Assembly (NCBI RefSeq): GCF_006345805.1
Contig: NW_021824201.1
Span: 1 to 19,581 of the forward strand
Reading direction: 5' to 3'
Length of the DNA: 19,581 nt
Origin: Octopus sinensis
Lineage: Eukaryota
The notes beneath the pieces are model-generated. The model was given only the letters and a program-made list of their open reading frames with translations. It made no database searches and had not been told where the DNA came from. Below, piece after piece: positions 19,106-19,581 of the stretch. The position numbers were made by a program, and so were the translations under genes. The stretch's first letter is position 1, and each line of letters begins with the position of its first letter.

Positions 19106-19480
19106 CTGATAACGAATGAAGGAAAACATCGACAGTCTTCGCAACCTTTTGGCACCAAAAGACTAAGTCTTCTCATATGGTACACAGAAAGAAAGTTTGT
19201 AGAGACGGTAGGGATGACAGGTCTCCGAGGAACCAACATCAAAGACGCTTTTCTCGGGAAAAACAGAAAATATGGTAAATTTGTTGAACTCTGTGAAAAC
19301 AACGGAACGGAGACAATAAGCCATCTTGTAAAGATAGGGGTCAGAGGATTCGTTGAAACAATGGATCGGAGACAATATGTAGAGATTGTTGGCATCCTTT
19401 TGTCTCGGGAGACAATGGAGTTGCGCATCTACCCATTTTCGCAGCAGCACTGAAGTGTCCTCTCCAGTTTTGCGCCGGCC
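19106..19480 (+). pseudogene. Probable restriction-like endonuclease (RLE) domain relic of an R2-superfamily (HERO/NeSL-like) non-LTR retrotransposon
   Basis: The stop-free frame 19106-19450 reads TKRLSLLIWYTERKFVETVGMTGLRGTNIKDAFLGKNRKYGKFVELCENNGTETISHLVKIGVRGFV. This parallels the RLE pattern RPD-x-x-x-W...ELTVPWEEN...A..RK..KY..LVE.C...GW.....VEVG.RGF (K-x-x-K-Y at 19259-19273, IGVRGFV at 19334-19354). The catalytic acidic residues are not conserved. Matched from memory of the family, not by search. Confidence 0.55.
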
Positions 19481-19581
19481 TGAGCTAGATGTAAGAAAAT
19501 CCCGAGTAGCCCAATCGTCAGGATTCCTCTCTTGACCTTTCTGACGTTGTCCAAGGAGTGCAGAGTATTACGTTTGGCACC

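Overview
Eukaryotic, AT-rich, repeat-dominated window with no recognisable host gene. It looks intronic or intergenic. The microsatellite density and tRNA-derived SINEs suggest a cephalopod (octopus-like) genome, but that is inference. The main feature is a ~5.26 kb L1-superfamily, Tx1-type LINE at 7994-13251 (+). It has a CCHC-knuckle ORF1 and an APE endonuclease-RT-CCHC ORF2, both broken by many small frameshifts, and it sits inside a (TATC)n array with a candidate 14-bp target-site duplication. A 5'-truncated relative of the LINE lies in (TA)n at 1091-1455. There are three tRNA-headed SINE types: 2731-3030 with an inverted copy at 16521-16836, 3043-3450, and a partial dimer at 15088-15490. 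Also present are a perfect 50-bp inverted repeat next to a degenerate hammerhead-like motif (possible Penelope-like relic, 6412-6919) and a probable restriction-like-endonuclease relic of an R2-superfamily (HERO/NeSL-like) element near the right end. The most notable observation is that the first monomer of the dimeric SINE ends in a 46-nt tail matching the Tx1 LINE 3' terminus at 40 of 50 alignment columns, which suggests a SINE-Tx1 LINE mobilisation partnership. Nearly all other listed ORFs are microsatellite artefacts.
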